Source: a bacterium
GTDB taxonomy: Bacteria; Calditrichota; Calditrichia; RBG-13-44-9; J042
DNA length: 64,000 nucleotides
Direction of reading: 5' to 3'
Assembly: GCA_015485355.1 (NCBI GenBank)
Contig: WFTQ01000084.1
Span: 10,104 to 74,103, forward strand
Shown here: positions 1-10,627 of the stretch, piece by piece
Layout of the letters: each line of letters opens with the position of its first letter
Position numbering within the stretch: the first letter of the stretch is position 1
Program-made: the position numbers and the translations under genes
The notes under the pieces: model-generated
What the model was told of the DNA's origin: nothing
Database searches by the model: none
Seen by the model: only the letters and a program-made list of their open reading frames with translations

Positions 1-447
1 GGGCGCCCCATCTTTCCGTAGCCCCATTAAACGAGAAAAAAGTCCGAAAATATTACAAAGAAGACGCCTTTATCTGGATCATTTTCTTCAATTTTCGTCG
101 GCTGGATCGCTTTCTGAAAACGCGCTTACTGCGGCGAAAATACAATTTCATTTTACCGGGAAAGATCAAGCGTTTCTAACAGCGGCTGAAAATCGGTGCA
201 CTTCTCAAAAGGGAATGGGGCCTGCCAGCGGAAGAGCGGGAAGGAGTTAAAATAACGCTTGGCACCGGGTGTGGTTTAAGGGAAGGGAAATGAATGGTTC
301 ACTCCAAGAGGCGGGAATAACCATTGGTCAAATTGCATTTTGGTCCGAAAACCCCTACATTTCGATGGGATATCAACAAGATCGGAGGGCAAAAACCGAT
401 GTGAATGCCCGCATCTCCCTGAAAGCAAAAGCATGCAGGAAGGTAAA

Positions 448-1731
448 ATGAGCCCTTTAAACGTTGTTGCCATCATTCTGGCAGGCGGCCAAGGAACCCG
501 ATTGTATCCTTTAACCAGACTGCGCTCTAAACCGGCGGTGCCCATCGCCGGTAAATTTCGTCTGATCGATATCCCGATCTCCAACTGCCTGCATTCCAAT
601 TTTCGGCAAATCTTCATCTGCACCCAATTCAGTGCCGAGTCGCTGCATCGGCACATCTTCCTTACATATCGATTTGACAATTTCACAAAAGACTTCATTA
701 CCATTCTTTCGGCTCAGCAAACCTTAGAGAATCGGGATTGGTATCAGGGCACCGCCGATGCCGTGCGGCAGAATTTACGTTTTATCCGACACTACGGAGA
801 GCAGGTGCTAATCTTATCCGGCGATCACCTCTACCGAATGAATTACCGAAAGTTGGTGGAATTTCATGTACAGAAGGGGGCCGATATCACCATATCGGTG
901 ATTCCGGTGGAGGCCTCCCGGGCCGGTCGATTCGGCATTATGAAGGTGGACGCCGAGGCCCGAATCATCGATTTCAGAGAAAAGCCCAGGGAGCATACGG
1001 TTTTAAAAACCATGGCCACTTCTCCCTCGATCCTCGGTCAATTCGGCATCCCGGCAAAGGGGCGAACCCATCTGGCGTCGATGGGGGTATACGTGTTCAA
1101 CAAGCCCGTGCTGTTTGCGTTGCTGGAAAACAGTGTCTTTGAGGATTTTGGAAGGGATGTCATCCCCCACGCCATTCGGCGGAATTCGGTTTATGCCTAT
1201 TTTTTCGACGACTACTGGGAAGACATCGGCACGATCAAATCGTTTTTTAAAGCCCACATGGATTTGGTCAATCCTTTACCCCGATTCCATTTTTACGATG
1301 AAGAACGCCCGATTTATACTCATCCACGCTTTCTGCCCGGTGCGAAATTGTTGGAGTCGGACGTTCAGCATAGCATCCTCTGCGACGGCAGCATCATCAA
1401 TCGATCGTATATCCGGCACTCCATCGTGGGCATACGCTCGGTGATCCGTGAAAACAGTGTGCTGGAGCGGGTGGTCATGATGGGAGCCGACTATTTCGAA
1501 ACCCCGGAACAAACGGCGGAAAACGTTGCGAAGGGCCGACCCTCCATCGGCGTGGGGAAGCATTGCCTCATCCGTAACGCGATCATCGACAAAAATGCCC
1601 GCATCGGAAACAACGTTCAGATCGTGAACAAGCGCCGGCTCGACAGTGAGGATCGGGAAAATTATGTGATTCGGGAAGGGATCATTGTCATCCCCAAAAA
1701 CGCGGTGATTCCCGACGGAACCATGATTTAG
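448..1731 (+). CDS. glgC: Glucose-1-phosphate adenylyltransferase (ADP-glucose pyrophosphorylase)
   Basis: ILAGGQGTRLYPLT..RSKPAVP, WYQGTADAVRQ, SMGVYVF, YWEDIGT and C-terminal beta-helix. Start placed at ATG 448 after AGGAAGG rather than the ORF-track start at 340. Confidence 0.96.
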   Translation: MSPLNVVAIILAGGQGTRLYPLTRLRSKPAVPIAGKFRLIDIPISNCLHSNFRQIFICTQFSAESLHRHIFLTYRFDNFTKDFITILSAQQTLENRDWYQGTADAVRQNLRFIRHYGEQVLILSGDHLYRMNYRKLVEFHVQKGADITISVIPVEASRAGRFGIMKVDAEARIIDFREKPREHTVLKTMATSPSILGQFGIPAKGRTHLASMGVYVFNKPVLFALLENSVFEDFGRDVIPHAIRRNSVYAYFFDDYWEDIGTIKSFFKAHMDLVNPLPRFHFYDEERPIYTHPRFLPGAKLLESDVQHSILCDGSIINRSYIRHSIVGIRSVIRENSVLERVVMMGADYFETPEQTAENVAKGRPSIGVGKHCLIRNAIIDKNARIGNNVQIVNKRRLDSEDRENYVIREGIIVIPKNAVIPDGTMI

Positions 1732-1830
1732 GCACCCGACGGTCACAATGGGGGAAGGATCACCCGGGACGGACCACCACAGCCGAGAGAATCTGTTTTC
1801 AAAGGGTCAGGCCATCGAGCGCGGGGGATT

Positions 1831-2307
1831 TCACTCCTCATTTTCAAACGAGGGTTTAACCAGTGGAAGTTTTCGGTTATTTGCATCGGCCCCGATCCCG
1901 AATTTGAGTACCAGTTCCCCCCCCAGGAAACCCGTCCGAAACAGAAAAATCAGTCCCAGCACGCTGACGGCGTAGTATGCCCACCGAAACGGCTTCGATT
2001 CCCTTATCGATACCGCCAATCCGTAACGGAACAGACACAACAACACAAAAGCAATCAGGGTCATTATGCCGGACCATTGATGTCGAGCAATGTTGTTTTC
2101 CAATCCCTGGGGTATTTCCAGGGCATTCCGGGCCAGCATGCCCGAGACCACCGCCGCCAGAGCCGCCAGGGTACCCGGAATTAAAAGCGACCGGCTTATT
2201 CGGCGGAATTTTTCTTTACCCGAAATCAGAAACAAAAAATCGCTGGTTACGGAAACCGCCAGCAGAGCGATAGTGAAATGAACCACCAGGGCATGTAAAT
2301 CGGGCAT
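1831..2307 (-). CDS. DUF2231-like membrane protein
   Basis: LHALVVHFTIAL N-terminus, conserved His mid-protein, GFLGGELV..GIG C-terminal motif, about 4 TM helices. Confidence 0.75.
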   Translation of the reverse strand: MPDLHALVVHFTIALLAVSVTSDFLFLISGKEKFRRISRSLLIPGTLAALAAVVSGMLARNALEIPQGLENNIARHQWSGIMTLIAFVLLCLFRYGLAVSIRESKPFRWAYYAVSVLGLIFLFRTGFLGGELVLKFGIGADANNRKLPLVKPSFENEE

Positions 2308-2338
2308 TGGCTCGACTCCATTGATCTCGCAAAAGATG

Positions 2339-2367
2339 AATTTAGGTTATCGCACCGCCCAATTCAA
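2339..2367 (-). promoter_or_regulatory. Putative housekeeping promoter TTGAAT-N17-TAAATT
   Basis: Exact 17-nt spacing, about 30 nt upstream of the DUF2231 start; same pattern recurs in this window. Confidence 0.55.
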
Positions 2368-2484
2368 CCTCCTTTACGCAACCCTTCCGGCACGACGGCC
2401 CCACCTGCCGGGGTTCATTCCCTCTGGGAGGGACACATACCGGCGGTGCAGGAAGAGGTCCCCCCGGAGGGCCCATCACCCCCC

Positions 2485-4584
2485 TCAGGCAATATGCGCC
2501 ATGTGAAATCTATCGGCAAACTTTTTCAGGAATTGGCGACGAACCGAGGCATGTTCCGGCCGACGCAACTGGGGGTCCGTTTCCACCAAAGCAAAGGCGT
2601 CTTTCCGGGCTGCCTCGATGATCTTTCCATCGGTTACCAGGTCGGCATAGCGTAAATCGGGCATCCCGTGCTGGCGGGTTCCAAAAAACTCGCCACTGCC
2701 CCGAAGCCGCAGGTCTTCTTCGGCGATCTTGAACCCATCGGTGGTCGCCTCCATGGCCTGCATCCGTTGCCGGGCCACCTCGTTGATGTCCGAAGGCGTC
2801 ACCAGGATACAATACGACTGCCGGCGGCCCCGGCCCACCCGTCCACGCAATTGGTGCAATTGACTGAGACCGAAACGTTCCGCATGCTCGATGAGCATGA
2901 GAGTCGCATTGGGCACATCCACCCCTACCTCTATCACCGTAGTGCTGATCAGAATCTGAATCTCGCCCGCTTTGAACCGGTACATAATGGTTTCTTTTTC
3001 TTCCATTTTCAAGCGTCCATGCAGCAAGGCCAACCGGAATTCCGGAAACACCGCTTGCAAATGCTGAAAGGCTACGGTGGCCGCCTTCAAATCAATCTTT
3101 TCGGATTCTTCGATGATCGGGTAAACGATGTAGGCCTGCTCCCCCTGGCGGATTCGCTCCCGGATAAATTCATAAATTTGCGGCAACCGCTCTTCGGTGC
3201 GCCAGTAAGTTTTGACCGGCCGTCTACCCGGCGGCATCTCGTCGATGACGGAAACATCCAGGTCACCATACAGGGTAAGGGCCAGGGTCCGGGGAATAGG
3301 CGTCGCGGTCATGACCAATACGTGGGGACCCCCGCCCTTTTCAATCAATTCCGCTCGTTGCAACACGCCGAAGCGATGTTGTTCGTCGATCACCACCAAT
3401 CCCAATCGATGAAACTCCACCTGCTCCTGAATCAGGGCATGGGTTCCGATGATCAGATCGACCTCTCCCTTGCGAATGGCTTGTTGAACGGTGACCTTTT
3501 GGGAATGTTTCAGGCTGCCCATCAACAAACCCACGCGAATTTCAAACGAGGCCAGCAGTTCTTTCATCGATAAGTAATGCTGTTGGGCCAGAATTTCCGT
3601 AGGCGCCATCAAGGCGGCCTGATATCCCGCGGAAATGGCCATCACCATGGTGAGCAGGGCCACCACCGTTTTACCGGAGCCCACATCGCCCTGCAATAGT
3701 CGGTTCATGGGAGGACCCTTGGTTAGATCCTGATAAATTTCCCGCAACACTCGACGCTGGGCCCCGGTCAAAGTAAAGGGCAGCCTCTGGACCATTTTCT
3801 TCAACACCTCGTTTCGAATGGTTAAGCGAATACCCTGAGTCGGTGAGTGATCATGCCGCCGGCGCAACGCCATCAGCAACTCCCAATAGAACAACTCTTC
3901 ATATTTGAAACGGCGAAAGGCCTGTTGCAGCTGGGATTGGGATTCCGGAAAATGCATCTGCTGGTACGCCCGGGCCCGGGACAATAGACCGTATTTGCGG
4001 AGCAGAGGTTCCGGAAGCGTTTCCACTACGGCCGGTCCATAGCGTTCCAGCGCCAGATGCACCAACCGGCGTATACCGTAACTGCTGAATCCCACCTTGC
4101 GCAACGTTTCGTTCGAGGAATAAAGAGGAATAATCTGACCGGTGTGCAGGGGAGATTGCTTCTGGTCGATGATGTCGAAGTCCGGATGGATGATCTGCCA
4201 GTGTTTATAGCGGATAACTTTTCCGCTGAAGGCCACCGTCATTCCCACCCGAAAGATTCGGGAGAAAACCGTTATCTGATGGAACCAGACGCCTTCCAGA
4301 ATGCCGGTCTGGTCATAAATGCGCACCAGCAAGCGTTGCCGTCCTCGGCGCACCTGTTCGACCTGAATGACCTCCCCGGTAACCGTTACCTCCTCATCGG
4401 TTTTCAGCCGGGCGATAGGCACCACGTTGCTGCGGTCCAGATACCGACGAGGACGGTACTCCAGCAAATCTTCCACCGTCAAAACGCCCACCGTGGCCAG
4501 CGCTTGAGCTCGCTTTTCCCCGACCGTTTTGACAAACTGGATGGGAACATCTTCCACCCCTTCCCTGTTCCGAATGTTCTTCAT
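2485..4584 (-). CDS. recG: ATP-dependent DNA helicase RecG
   Basis: QGDVGSGKT, DEQHRFG, MTATPIPRTL, QLRGRVGRG, DLRLRGSGEFFGTRQHG; N-terminal wedge/OB domain. First ATG at 4584. Confidence 0.97.
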   Translation of the reverse strand: MKNIRNREGVEDVPIQFVKTVGEKRAQALATVGVLTVEDLLEYRPRRYLDRSNVVPIARLKTDEEVTVTGEVIQVEQVRRGRQRLLVRIYDQTGILEGVWFHQITVFSRIFRVGMTVAFSGKVIRYKHWQIIHPDFDIIDQKQSPLHTGQIIPLYSSNETLRKVGFSSYGIRRLVHLALERYGPAVVETLPEPLLRKYGLLSRARAYQQMHFPESQSQLQQAFRRFKYEELFYWELLMALRRRHDHSPTQGIRLTIRNEVLKKMVQRLPFTLTGAQRRVLREIYQDLTKGPPMNRLLQGDVGSGKTVVALLTMVMAISAGYQAALMAPTEILAQQHYLSMKELLASFEIRVGLLMGSLKHSQKVTVQQAIRKGEVDLIIGTHALIQEQVEFHRLGLVVIDEQHRFGVLQRAELIEKGGGPHVLVMTATPIPRTLALTLYGDLDVSVIDEMPPGRRPVKTYWRTEERLPQIYEFIRERIRQGEQAYIVYPIIEESEKIDLKAATVAFQHLQAVFPEFRLALLHGRLKMEEKETIMYRFKAGEIQILISTTVIEVGVDVPNATLMLIEHAERFGLSQLHQLRGRVGRGRRQSYCILVTPSDINEVARQRMQAMEATTDGFKIAEEDLRLRGSGEFFGTRQHGMPDLRYADLVTDGKIIEAARKDAFALVETDPQLRRPEHASVRRQFLKKFADRFHMAHIA

Positions 4585-4923
4585 AAACAAAATTTAAACG
4601 AGAACAGGGCAGGAATCCAAACGCTGACCGGGAAAAAATCGGGATCCTCAGAATGGCAAATACGCCCGAAGCGCCGCCGAGGCTTCATCGGTTATTCTGA
4701 AAACGGCCGGGCGCCCGACCGGAACACGAGGCCGGAGGGCGATATAAGCGGAGGCAGTCCACCCGAAAAGACGCTCTCTCGGGACATCGGCCCTGGAAGC
4801 ATCCTCCCGGTGTTGCTTCACTGCCATGGGTCGGGGGCAAGCAATCCTTTCCTGAGGAATGGGAACCGACAGCAGGGCGTAGAGGTCACAGACGGCGCAC
4901 TCAACCGGCCGGGAGGAGGCGGA

Positions 4924-5625
4924 TCAGAGGTTCTTCAACACCTTTTCCTCGGCTATTTTCCCATCCCATAAATGAATGACCCGATGCGCCCTTTCGGCGA
5001 ACATTTCGTTATGGGTAACAATCACAAACGTTTGATGGTATTTTTCGTTCAGGGAAAGGAGCAGATCAAACAAGGCCTCACTGTTGCGGCGATCCAGATC
5101 GCCGGTGGGTTCATCGGCAAGAACCAGTTTAGGCTGATTCATCAAAGCCCGGGCCACGGCGACCCGTTGTTGCTCCCCGCCGGAAAGCTGATTCGGGCGA
5201 TGATGCAGTCGGGCCCCCAAGCCCACCTCTTCCAGCAATTGAACCGCCCGGTGCCGTTCCTTCTTCCAGTCATTGCCTTTGATCATGCGGGGTATTAACA
5301 CATTCTCCAGAGCGGTGAACTCGGGAAGCAAATAATGAAACTGGAAAACAAAACCGATATGCATGTTTCGGAAACGGGCCAGGCTGAGGTCATCCAGCCG
5401 GGACATATCCTGCCCATCGATCCAGACTTTTCCTCTGGTGGGCTTATCCAGGGTACCGACGATGTTCAACAAGGTGCTTTTTCCCACGCCCGAGGGCCCC
5501 ATAATCACCACAATTTCCCCGGTCTTTACCGTCATAGAAATGCCTTTTAATACTTCGATCACTTCCGGCCCGGAGCGATAGGTTTTGACTAGGGCCTCGG
5601 TTTTCAGCAAATAGTCTGGATTCAC
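4924..5625 (-). CDS. lolD: Lipoprotein-releasing ABC transporter ATP-binding subunit LolD
   Basis: GPSGVGKST, GFVFQFHYLLPEFTALENV, LSGGEQQRVA, ADEPTG; adjacent to lolC/E. Confidence 0.9.
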   Translation of the reverse strand: MNPDYLLKTEALVKTYRSGPEVIEVLKGISMTVKTGEIVVIMGPSGVGKSTLLNIVGTLDKPTRGKVWIDGQDMSRLDDLSLARFRNMHIGFVFQFHYLLPEFTALENVLIPRMIKGNDWKKERHRAVQLLEEVGLGARLHHRPNQLSGGEQQRVAVARALMNQPKLVLADEPTGDLDRRNSEALFDLLLSLNEKYHQTFVIVTHNEMFAERAHRVIHLWDGKIAEEKVLKNL

Positions 5626-5676
5626 AGGGGTTTCTCCTTTGTTGCGGGCATTCCCTTCAGCCCTGCCTCGCGTCTT

Positions 5677-6915
5677 CTACTCATAGCGAATGGCCTCCAC
5701 GGGTTCCAATCGCGACGCTTTATATGCCGGGTAAACCGCGGCGATCAGGCACAACAGCACCGCCGCTACGCCCACGGCGACAAAATCGGATACATGCATC
5801 TCTACCGGCAATTTGTTGATCAGATAAACATCCGGAGGAAGTTTGATGATCCCGAAGGTTTGCTGGGCATAGCCAATGGCATAACCGATGATGCTTCCCG
5901 CCGTGGTGCCCAGCAGGCCGACGATGATCCCTTCAAACAAAAAAATGCGCATGATTCCTCGGGACGTGGCCCCCATGCTTTTCAATATCCCGATTTCGCG
6001 GGTTTTTTCCATGACAATCATAATCAACGAGCTGATGATGTTAAAAGCCGCCACCATAATGATCAAACTGAGTACCACAAAGGCTCCCCATTTTTCAATG
6101 GTCATCCAGCTATACAGGCTACGGTTTAACTCGAACCAGGTGACCGCATGGAAGGGATAGCCCCCTACTTGTCGTTCAATCAGCGGGGCGATTTTCCCCG
6201 CCAGATTATAATCGTCCAGTTTGATTTCGATCCAGGTGACCGCATTGGGCATTCGGAAGAGGCGTTGGGCCGCCTCGATGGAGATGTAGGCCATCACTTT
6301 ATCGTACTCATAAAAGCCGATTTCGCTGATTCCGGTAACCACAAATTGCTGAAAACGAGGCGGGGTAAGCAAGCCGGCGTTCTCCGGGATGGTAAAGAGG
6401 GTTACCACCTCGCCTTCGCCGAAAATGTACAGATTTTCCGCCAGGTACCTGCCCAGAACGATCCCCGGCAACCGCCGACCGTTGACCTGGTGCCAATCCA
6501 GATCAAAGGCTCCCGCCACAATGCTACGGGGAACGGCACTCACGGTGCCCGCCGTTTCAGGATCCAGGGCCCGCACCACCACCGGTTGATTGCCTTCCTT
6601 GGATCGAATAACACCTTCTTTGGCAATCACCGGCGAGGCCCCGATAACATGGGACACCTGCTTGACCGAATCCACCAACGCCCGATAGTCCTGGATGCTC
6701 TGAGTATAAAATTTTCGAAGGCGAATATGGGCATCGGCATTGATCAGCCGGGTCCGTACTTCATTTTCAAACCCATTAAATGTGGACAGCACAATGTCCA
6801 GCGCCGCTACACCAATCATTACCCCAACGATGGATACATAGGTGATGATGGATATAAAACCCGTGCGTCGTTTGGCCCGGAAGTAGCGCAGCGCGATAAA
6901 GGTTTCGTATCGCAT
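5677..6915 (-). CDS. lolC: Lipoprotein-releasing ABC transporter permease LolC/E family
   Basis: FIALRY N-terminus, VAAFNIISSLIMIVMEKTREIGILKSMGA, YPAYKASRLEPVEAIRYE. Confidence 0.9.
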   Translation of the reverse strand: MRYETFIALRYFRAKRRTGFISIITYVSIVGVMIGVAALDIVLSTFNGFENEVRTRLINADAHIRLRKFYTQSIQDYRALVDSVKQVSHVIGASPVIAKEGVIRSKEGNQPVVVRALDPETAGTVSAVPRSIVAGAFDLDWHQVNGRRLPGIVLGRYLAENLYIFGEGEVVTLFTIPENAGLLTPPRFQQFVVTGISEIGFYEYDKVMAYISIEAAQRLFRMPNAVTWIEIKLDDYNLAGKIAPLIERQVGGYPFHAVTWFELNRSLYSWMTIEKWGAFVVLSLIIMVAAFNIISSLIMIVMEKTREIGILKSMGATSRGIMRIFLFEGIIVGLLGTTAGSIIGYAIGYAQQTFGIIKLPPDVYLINKLPVEMHVSDFVAVGVAAVLLCLIAAVYPAYKASRLEPVEAIRYE

Positions 6916-7038
6916 AGGATCGGTCTCTTTTCCTGTTGATTTGAACGGTTCAATTCATTGTCGTATCCGCCGATTGGCGCCAAACGTTTTCAGTGTATTT
7001 CCGCCGTACCAGCGATTCGTGCCCCGCTTCCCGGAACG

Positions 7039-8535
7039 TTAGTGGGTTTTTTCCGGCCGCATGTGTGGGAAAAAGATGACATCCCGTATCGAGGGTTGAT
7101 CGGTCAATAGCATGGTCAGACGATCGATACCGATACCCAATCCGGCCGTCGGCGGCATACCGTATTCCAGGGCCCGTAAAAAGTCTTCATCCAGCACCTG
7201 AGCCTCTTCATCGCCCCGGGCCCGCAATTGCATCTGGGCCTCAAAACGCCGCCGTTGATCAAGGGGGTCATTCAATTCGCTAAAAGCATTCCCGATTTCT
7301 TTGCCGGCGATGATGGGTTCAAACCGCTCTACCAATCGGGGGTTTTCCCGGTGTTTTTTGGCCAAAGGCGACATTTCCAGCGGGTAATCGGTGATAAACG
7401 TGGGTTGAATCAGTTTGGGCTCTACCAATTCTCCGAATATTTCGTCGATGATTTTGCCACTTCCCCAACCATCTTCCACTGCAATGCCCAGGTCTTCCGC
7501 CACCCGGCGCAAGGTTGCCTCATCGGCCCCGGCAATGTCCACCCCTGCATGTTCCCGGATACTCTCAAACAGGGGCACCCGCCGCCATGGCGGGGCCAAA
7601 TCAATTTCCCGGCCCTGATAAGTGATCTTCATGGTTCCCAGGACTTCCTGCGCAATGGTACTGATCATTTCCTCGGTGAGCGCCATCATCCAGTGATAGT
7701 CCTGGTAAGCCACATACAATTCCATCTGAGTGAATTCGGGATTATGAAAACGATCCATCCCCTCGTTCCGAAAATCCTTAGCAAATTCGTACACGCCCTC
7801 GAATCCGCCCACAATCAGGCGCTTTAAATACAGCTCGTTGGCAATGCGCAAATACAGCTTCATGTCCAGGGCATTGTGATGGGTGATAAACGGTCGCGCC
7901 GACGCCCCTCCGTAGATCGGCTGCAGGATGGGCGTTTCCACCTCCAGGTATCCGCGTTTGTTCAAAAATTCCCGCATGGCGCTCATGATGCGAGAGCGCT
8001 TGATAAAGACCTCTTTGACTTCCGGATTAACGATTAAGTCCACATACCTCTGACGATATCGCAATTCCTTATCCGTAAAGGGATCGTACACCACGCGTCG
8101 GCCGTTCACCAGCTTTTCTTTAACGATAGGCAAAGGGCGCAGGGATTTGGTCAGCAATTCCAGGGTTTCCGCCAGAATGGTTATTTCTCCCGTGCGGGTT
8201 TTAAAAACCCTGCCCGCTACCCCCACAATGTCCCCAATGTCCAGCAGCTTATACACCTCGAAGGCGAAATCACCCACGGTATCCCTTTTCAAATAAATCT
8301 GAATCCGACCATCCATATCTTGAACATGAAAGAAAGCAGCTTTTCCCATTCGCCGATTGGACATGATGCGCCCGGCCACGGCCACCGTTTGATTCTGCAA
8401 TGCCTCAAAATTCTCCTGAACCTGGCGGGAGGTATGGGTGCGCTCAAATTTATATGGATAGGGATTGATCCCCATCTCCTGAAGTTTTTTCAGCTTTTTG
8501 CGCCGTTGCTGCATCAATTGATGAATCTCTTCCAC
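7039..8535 (-). CDS. lysS: Lysine--tRNA ligase (class II)
   Basis: [54 protein letters not shown] start after GGAGGAG. Confidence 0.98.
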   Translation of the reverse strand: MEEIHQLMQQRRKKLKKLQEMGINPYPYKFERTHTSRQVQENFEALQNQTVAVAGRIMSNRRMGKAAFFHVQDMDGRIQIYLKRDTVGDFAFEVYKLLDIGDIVGVAGRVFKTRTGEITILAETLELLTKSLRPLPIVKEKLVNGRRVVYDPFTDKELRYRQRYVDLIVNPEVKEVFIKRSRIMSAMREFLNKRGYLEVETPILQPIYGGASARPFITHHNALDMKLYLRIANELYLKRLIVGGFEGVYEFAKDFRNEGMDRFHNPEFTQMELYVAYQDYHWMMALTEEMISTIAQEVLGTMKITYQGREIDLAPPWRRVPLFESIREHAGVDIAGADEATLRRVAEDLGIAVEDGWGSGKIIDEIFGELVEPKLIQPTFITDYPLEMSPLAKKHRENPRLVERFEPIIAGKEIGNAFSELNDPLDQRRRFEAQMQLRARGDEEAQVLDEDFLRALEYGMPPTAGLGIGIDRLTMLLTDQPSIRDVIFFPHMRPEKTH

Positions 8536-8571
8536 CTTCGATCTCCTCCATTATGGATTCGTAAATGAGTA

Positions 8572-8600
8572 AACTTACAGAAAAGGAAAAGGGTTTACAA
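8572..8600 (-). promoter_or_regulatory. Putative lysS promoter TTGTAA-N17-TAAGTT
   Basis: 17-nt spacing upstream of the lysS RBS. Confidence 0.5.
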
Positions 8601-8823
8601 GTAAAGTTGGAAATTCATGGATGTCCCCGTGCCGGGGACATTTCTCCGGCCTCAGGCGGCTCTCTGCTTCCGGTCCCGGGGGTCGATGCGACCTCCGGAG
8701 CGACGGATCCCTCGAAAGGCACCGCGATCGGCGCGCCGCCGCTCCCGTTTCACCAAATTCTTTGAGCGGGACAAGGGATGATATCAGAAATCGCTTTTTC
8801 GGTATTCTTATTTTCATTTTCAT

Positions 8824-8852
8824 TTGAAAACCTATCCGAATTGCTCTAAATT
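8824..8852 (+). promoter_or_regulatory. Putative promoter TTGAAA-N17-TAAATT for the upxY-like gene
   Basis: Exact 17-nt spacing, 40 nt before ATG 8893. Confidence 0.55.
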
Positions 8853-8892
8853 TTCCGGCTCAAAAACAGAGAATTGACGAGAAAGGAAAACA

Positions 8893-9399
8893 ATGCCCTG
8901 GTATGCTTTATATACCCGGCCCCGTCACGAAAAGAAAGTGTACCAGCAACTGTGCGAGAAGGGCTTTCATGCCTTTTTACCCCTGGTCAAAAGATTGCGG
9001 CAATGGAAAGATCGAAAAAAGTGGGTAGAAATGCCCCTGTTTAACAGTTATGTATTTATCGACATCGATTTGCGAGACCGCCTGAACGCCCTGCAGACCC
9101 ATGGGGTGGTGCGGATGGTCAGCTTCGGCGGGGTACCCGCTGCTATCCCGGATTGGCAGATCGAACAATTGCGCCGGATCATCGAACATCCCGAAACGTT
9201 GCAGCCGGAACAGTATTTGAAAGAAGGCGATTGGGTGGAAGTGGTGGAAGGCCCCTTTCGTGGGATCAAAGGATATTTACGCGAACTGCGGGGAGAAACC
9301 CGGGTGGCCATTTTGATCGACGGTATCTACCAATCGGTCAGTTTCGTGGTGGACCGACGCTTTGTAAAAAAGATTTCCCCTCTCCTTCCCGAAGAATAA
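8893..9399 (+). CDS. UpxY-family NusG paralogue (transcription antiterminator)
   Basis: WYALYTRPRHEKKV, RQWKDRKKWVEMPLFNSYVF (NGN domain), GDWVEVVEGPFRG (KOW). Confidence 0.9.
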   Translation: MPWYALYTRPRHEKKVYQQLCEKGFHAFLPLVKRLRQWKDRKKWVEMPLFNSYVFIDIDLRDRLNALQTHGVVRMVSFGGVPAAIPDWQIEQLRRIIEHPETLQPEQYLKEGDWVEVVEGPFRGIKGYLRELRGETRVAILIDGIYQSVSFVVDRRFVKKISPLLPEE

Positions 9400-9404
9400 T
9401 CCCC

Positions 9405-10445
9405 TTAAAAGGCCGCGTAAACGGTCATTCGGGGGATAACGTCCGGTTTTAAACCCGCCGCCCCCAGGAATTCGCTGTACAAAATGCTTTCTACATTCGG
9501 CATCAGGTGAAAGTTTTTTATGATCCGATAATCCAGGCCTGCCAGAATCAATAACGCCGGGTTGTCCGGATTAAATGGAAGGTAGGCGATGCGATAGCCT
9601 GCGGGACTGGGATCAAAAAGGCGATCGAGCCTCAGAAACAATTTTTTAGAGGGCGATATGTCCCAGGCGGCAAAGGCGGAAACCATCTCCAGGGTCAGGA
9701 AATCCCGGCCGGGCCGTTGCCGCACCTGACGGGCCCATTGTAAGCCCACCCGAGCATGCGGCCAACGGTATCCCACAATGAGTTGTAGCGTCCACCGATC
9801 GTTCCTCCTCCCCCGAAGATCATCGTAATCGGCGTAAACTTCCACCAGAGGCCCGAATTCCGGATAGTAACCCAGTGCCAGCATGAATTTTTTTCCCAGA
9901 TTTTCCTCGCCGGCCACACCTTTTCCGTTCCCCACCATGACATGAAACTGGATAGGCAAACCCGGCAGACCGCCCCGAATCGCAATGCCCATATCCCGGG
10001 TGCTTCCCCATTGATGCAAGTCCAGGGGAGTCTTCTCCACGGGCCGATATCCCCACAAACGCTCAATCCAGACAAAGGTAGGCGTGGGAGCTATACCCAG
10101 ATACACCTCGGTGCCTTTGTAAACCCATTTTAAATACGCATCCTTGACATAGGGAACGGCGGCACCGGAAACAAATCCGTTCCGATAGGTATTCAACCCT
10201 CCCGGATGATTCATTTCCAGTCGAAAACGGAAAGCCCATTGAGGCGATAACACCCGATCGTAGGTAAAATAAATGCGCCGTATCCAGAATCCGTTCATCC
10301 GTTGCAAACCTGGTAGATGATGGTTGACGATCCAGAAATAATCGCCAAACACGAGGCCACTCAAACGGCCGGATGGCTGGCCAATTCCCGAAAAGGCCGG
10401 TGTCAGCAGCAACCAGCATCCTATCCACCAGAAACGATGCCGCAT
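9405..10445 (-). CDS. Putative outer-membrane beta-barrel/porin
   Basis: Signal peptide, alternating amphipathic strands (RRIYFTYD, FRFRLE, VKDAYLKW), C-terminal Phe. Confidence 0.65.
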   Translation of the reverse strand: MRHRFWWIGCWLLLTPAFSGIGQPSGRLSGLVFGDYFWIVNHHLPGLQRMNGFWIRRIYFTYDRVLSPQWAFRFRLEMNHPGGLNTYRNGFVSGAAVPYVKDAYLKWVYKGTEVYLGIAPTPTFVWIERLWGYRPVEKTPLDLHQWGSTRDMGIAIRGGLPGLPIQFHVMVGNGKGVAGEENLGKKFMLALGYYPEFGPLVEVYADYDDLRGRRNDRWTLQLIVGYRWPHARVGLQWARQVRQRPGRDFLTLEMVSAFAAWDISPSKKLFLRLDRLFDPSPAGYRIAYLPFNPDNPALLILAGLDYRIIKNFHLMPNVESILYSEFLGAAGLKPDVIPRMTVYAAF

Positions 10446-10459
10446 TCTTCCCCCGGAAC

Positions 10460-10627
10460 CTACTCCTTCAATCGTTTCTCATCCGATGGGTCCGATTTGA
10501 TTTCCTTTTGAAATTCCCGAATGCCCCGCCCCAGATTGCGGGCCAGGTCCGGTAACCGTTTGGCACCGAAAAACAACACCAGTACCAATAGGATAACCAA
10601 CAATTCAGGAAGGCCGATACCACCCAT
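10460..10627 (-). CDS. tatA: Twin-arginine translocase TatA/TatE subunit (missed by ORF track, 55 aa)
   Basis: Translated by hand: [57 protein letters not shown]-xK-LP hinge; RBS AAGGGAG. Confidence 0.93.
   Translation of the reverse strand: MGGIGLPELLVILLVLVLFFGAKRLPDLARNLGRGIREFQKEIKSDPSDEKRLKE

Noticed and set aside
8619..8643. ATGTCCCC/GGGGACAT hairpin as a REP-like repeat family or UpxY recruitment site
   Set aside because: It lies upstream of the predicted upxY promoter, and only a partial similar sequence occurs near 30278; there is not enough for a repeat family
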